Shown here one piece after another: positions 61,991-64,000 of a stretch of 64,000 nt of DNA (position 1 is the stretch's first letter; each line of letters starts with the position of its first letter). The position numbers were made by a program, and so were the translations under genes. The notes under the pieces were generated by a model. That model was given only the letters and a program-made list of their open reading frames with translations, was not told where the DNA came from and made no database searches. Source of the DNA: Candidatus Poribacteria bacterium (GTDB lineage: Bacteria > Poribacteria > WGA-4E > PCPOR2b); contig OZ240245.1 in assembly GCA_965198175.1 (NCBI GenBank), positions 224,001-288,000 on the forward strand. The letters run 5' to 3'.

Positions 61991-62253
61991 GCAAATTATA
62001 TGCCATAACCAATGGCCCCTTCAATTTGGATTCGGTTTGGACTTGGAAAGCCTTATGTGTCAAGGGATACGGACAGTTAGATTTTTCTCAGTCGAGTGCA
62101 GTAGTGGTCTGACAAAGGCATGAAAGGGGTGTGACATTTGTCAACACGATTCGGGAAAATTGGGGTTAAGCAGTGCGTTAAACCTTGCCAGACAAGGGTT
62201 TGAGCAATGTGTGACAAATGTCTACAATAGTGACAAATGTCACACCCTTTTTG
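61991..62253 (-). promoter_or_regulatory. Sigma54 promoter plus putative enhancer module, copy 2
   Basis: Minus TGGCATATAATTTGC at 61991-62005; dyads gtgacatttgtcaa 62131, gtgacaaatgtcta 62211, gtgacaaatgtcac 62230. Confidence 0.72.
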
Positions 62254-62319
62254 GGTATGGAAGGCAATGCGGTAGGAATATAGCGTAGAAAGCAAGGTTG
62301 GGAAAAGGCAAACACCGTT

Positions 62320-63759
62320 TTACTCATCGTCCGATGATGTTCGGGCGCGGCTTAATCGCTTGTGCAGCGCATATCTTGACATCCCCAAGAGTTGGGCTGC
62401 AATCGTCTGGTTTCCATTCGCGCGTTTGAGGGCTTCAGCAATCATAAGTTGTTCTGCTTCCTTCATATCGGGGAGTATAGGTAGTACCGACAATCCCTTC
62501 GCAAACGTAACTGCGCTTGTTTTTACCGTCGTGTCCTCGTGGGGAATAGTGGATTGTTCGCTTATCTTTTGCCGAAAAGATGTTGTGGAGAGTATACCCC
62601 CTTTGTGCTGACTGACAGCGTCTTGTACCATTCCCTCAAGCTCTCTGATGTTGCCCGGGAAGGGATACGCTCTGAGTAACGTAACGAGTTCCGCTGGAGG
62701 CGTGGGTGTTTTCTTTTCTAGTTTCTCAGCGGCGCTTTCGAGAAAATAGGAAACCAATGGCGGGATATCACCCGTTCGCTCACGAAGCGGGGGTAAGTGG
62801 ACGTGATGGGTTTGCAGGCGGTAATAGAGGTCATTACGAAAAGTTTCGGACTCTCTCAGAAATTGTATGTCTCTATTGGTCGCAACAACTATTCTAGCGT
62901 TACTCATTCTCGGGAAATCGTCGCCAAGCGGAAAGTAATTTCTTTCCTGCAGAAGACGCAGCAGTTTGACCTGCGACTCCATGTGCAGGTCTCCGATTTC
63001 ATCAAGGAAGAGCGTACCGTTTGACGCTTGTTCAATCAATCCCTTGCGAGGCGTATCCGCGCCGGTGAACGCCCCTTTTCTGTGTCCGAAAAGCGTGTCC
63101 GAGAATAGGTAGTCGTCGAGTCCTGCTACATTTACCGAAACAAATTCACCCTCCAGCCCGCTCAGCTTGTGAATTGCCGCTGCAATCAGTTCCTTGCCAA
63201 CACCGGTTTCGCCCGTAATCAACACCGGCATGGGGGTTAGAGCGATTGTCTCGACATACTGGAAAATTGAGTACATTGTGCGGTCTTGTGTGACAATGTC
63301 AGAAAACGCTTCAGGATGCTCTAGTGTGTCAGAGAGCACACGTTCCTTTAGCAGACGATTTTGACGCCGCAAGTCGCTCATTTCTAGTCCGCGCCGAATC
63401 GTCGCCGCGAGCCTGGTGCTGTCCACCGGTTTCACGAGGTAGTCGAATGCCCCAGTTTTCAGACAATCTACCGCGGTTTCCACGTCTTTTACGCCCGTGA
63501 CAACCGTTACGGGAAGGTCCGGAAAGTCGGCAAGAATCAACGGAAGCAGGTCCAGCCCTGATAAATTAGGCATCATCAAATCCAGCACGACAACCGAGAA
63601 GTCCGCTTTTGACAAGGTAGACATAACTTCGCGGCTGTCTTGACATTGGACGACATGATTAATGCCCTCTGCCCTAAGCGCGCGGCTCGTACTGACCAGA
63701 AAAAGTTCTTCGTCGTCGACGAGCAATATTGGACGGGTAGAAAACTGAATTGGATTCAT
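62320..63759 (-). CDS. NtrC-family sigma54-dependent response regulator
   Basis: Receiver (LVDDE, LDLMMP), GETGVGKE, GAFTGA, LFLDEIG, FPGNIREL, C-terminal HTH. Confidence 0.97.
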   Translation of the reverse strand: MNPIQFSTRPILLVDDEELFLVSTSRALRAEGINHVVQCQDSREVMSTLSKADFSVVVLDLMMPNLSGLDLLPLILADFPDLPVTVVTGVKDVETAVDCLKTGAFDYLVKPVDSTRLAATIRRGLEMSDLRRQNRLLKERVLSDTLEHPEAFSDIVTQDRTMYSIFQYVETIALTPMPVLITGETGVGKELIAAAIHKLSGLEGEFVSVNVAGLDDYLFSDTLFGHRKGAFTGADTPRKGLIEQASNGTLFLDEIGDLHMESQVKLLRLLQERNYFPLGDDFPRMSNARIVVATNRDIQFLRESETFRNDLYYRLQTHHVHLPPLRERTGDIPPLVSYFLESAAEKLEKKTPTPPAELVTLLRAYPFPGNIRELEGMVQDAVSQHKGGILSTTSFRQKISEQSTIPHEDTTVKTSAVTFAKGLSVLPILPDMKEAEQLMIAEALKRANGNQTIAAQLLGMSRYALHKRLSRARTSSDDE

Positions 63760-64000
63760 CGGTCACTCCTTGGGTCGGCAGGCAGCTTGACTGTCGCCGT
63801 CGTGCCCTTTCCAAGTTCTGAGGTGAAGGTCAAATCTCCGCCATGATTCTTGACGATAGTGTAAGAGATTGACAGCCCTAGACCGGTGCCGCCGATGTCT
63901 CGCTTTGTAGTGAAAAAGGCGTCCATGACGCGTGGCAAATTTTCAGAAGGAATCCCTTCTCCCTCGTCGCAAAATTCAATCAGTACATCCTTTGAACTCT
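63756..64000 (-). CDS. Sensor histidine kinase, C-terminal HATPase (5'-truncated by window edge)
   Basis: DEGEGI..FFTTK..GGTGLGLSISYTIVKNHGG..GKGTT; ATGA overlap with the regulator. Confidence 0.93.
   Translation of the reverse strand, partial: SSKDVLIEFCDEGEGIPSENLPRVMDAFFTTKRDIGGTGLGLSISYTIVKNHGGDLTFTSELGKGTTATVKLPADPRSDR

Noticed and set aside
185..63846. Numerous antisense and alternate-frame ORFs nested in confident genes (e.g. 3927-4547, 22186-22740, 58130-58684, 59969-60550)
   Set aside because: Shadow ORFs overlapping well-supported genes, with no independent motifs.

Overview
Bacterial chromosomal window. Its protein families (paired DUF6785/DUF6784-type membrane proteins, a PD40 protein ending in 'SVSPAEKRSLSWGWLKQ', FRG-TPR, Gly-rich 'WDKxGYR' paralogs) suggest a Candidatus Poribacteria-like organism; this is inference only. 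Core genes (gatA, S41 protease, hisF, slt-lpxB, prpBC, rbsK, nrdR-nrdJ, an NtrC-type two-component system) alternate with accessory blocks. These are: (i) a ~9-kb island (8.5-17.6 kb) bracketed by a ~0.9-1 kb direct duplication and holding two IS5-family elements, a MITE and orphan genes; (ii) an orphan lipoprotein cassette (30.2-32.3 kb); (iii) a defence block after nrdJ (EcoRV-like R-M plus an AbiA-like RT-HEPN between two REPIN-like elements); (iv) an orphan secreted-protein cassette (59.8-61.9 kb). Main signals not visible in the ORF track: an HMA-domain lipoprotein with in-frame UGA in GMT-U-GG-C plus a SECIS-like hairpin; a duplicated ~250-bp sigma54 promoter/enhancer module upstream of both orphan cassettes, one copy next to a sigma54 activator gene; covarying 5' hairpins before two paralogous lipoproteins; and a palindromic repeat inserted in frame in a protease signal peptide. 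No CRISPR array, tRNA or rRNA was recognised.
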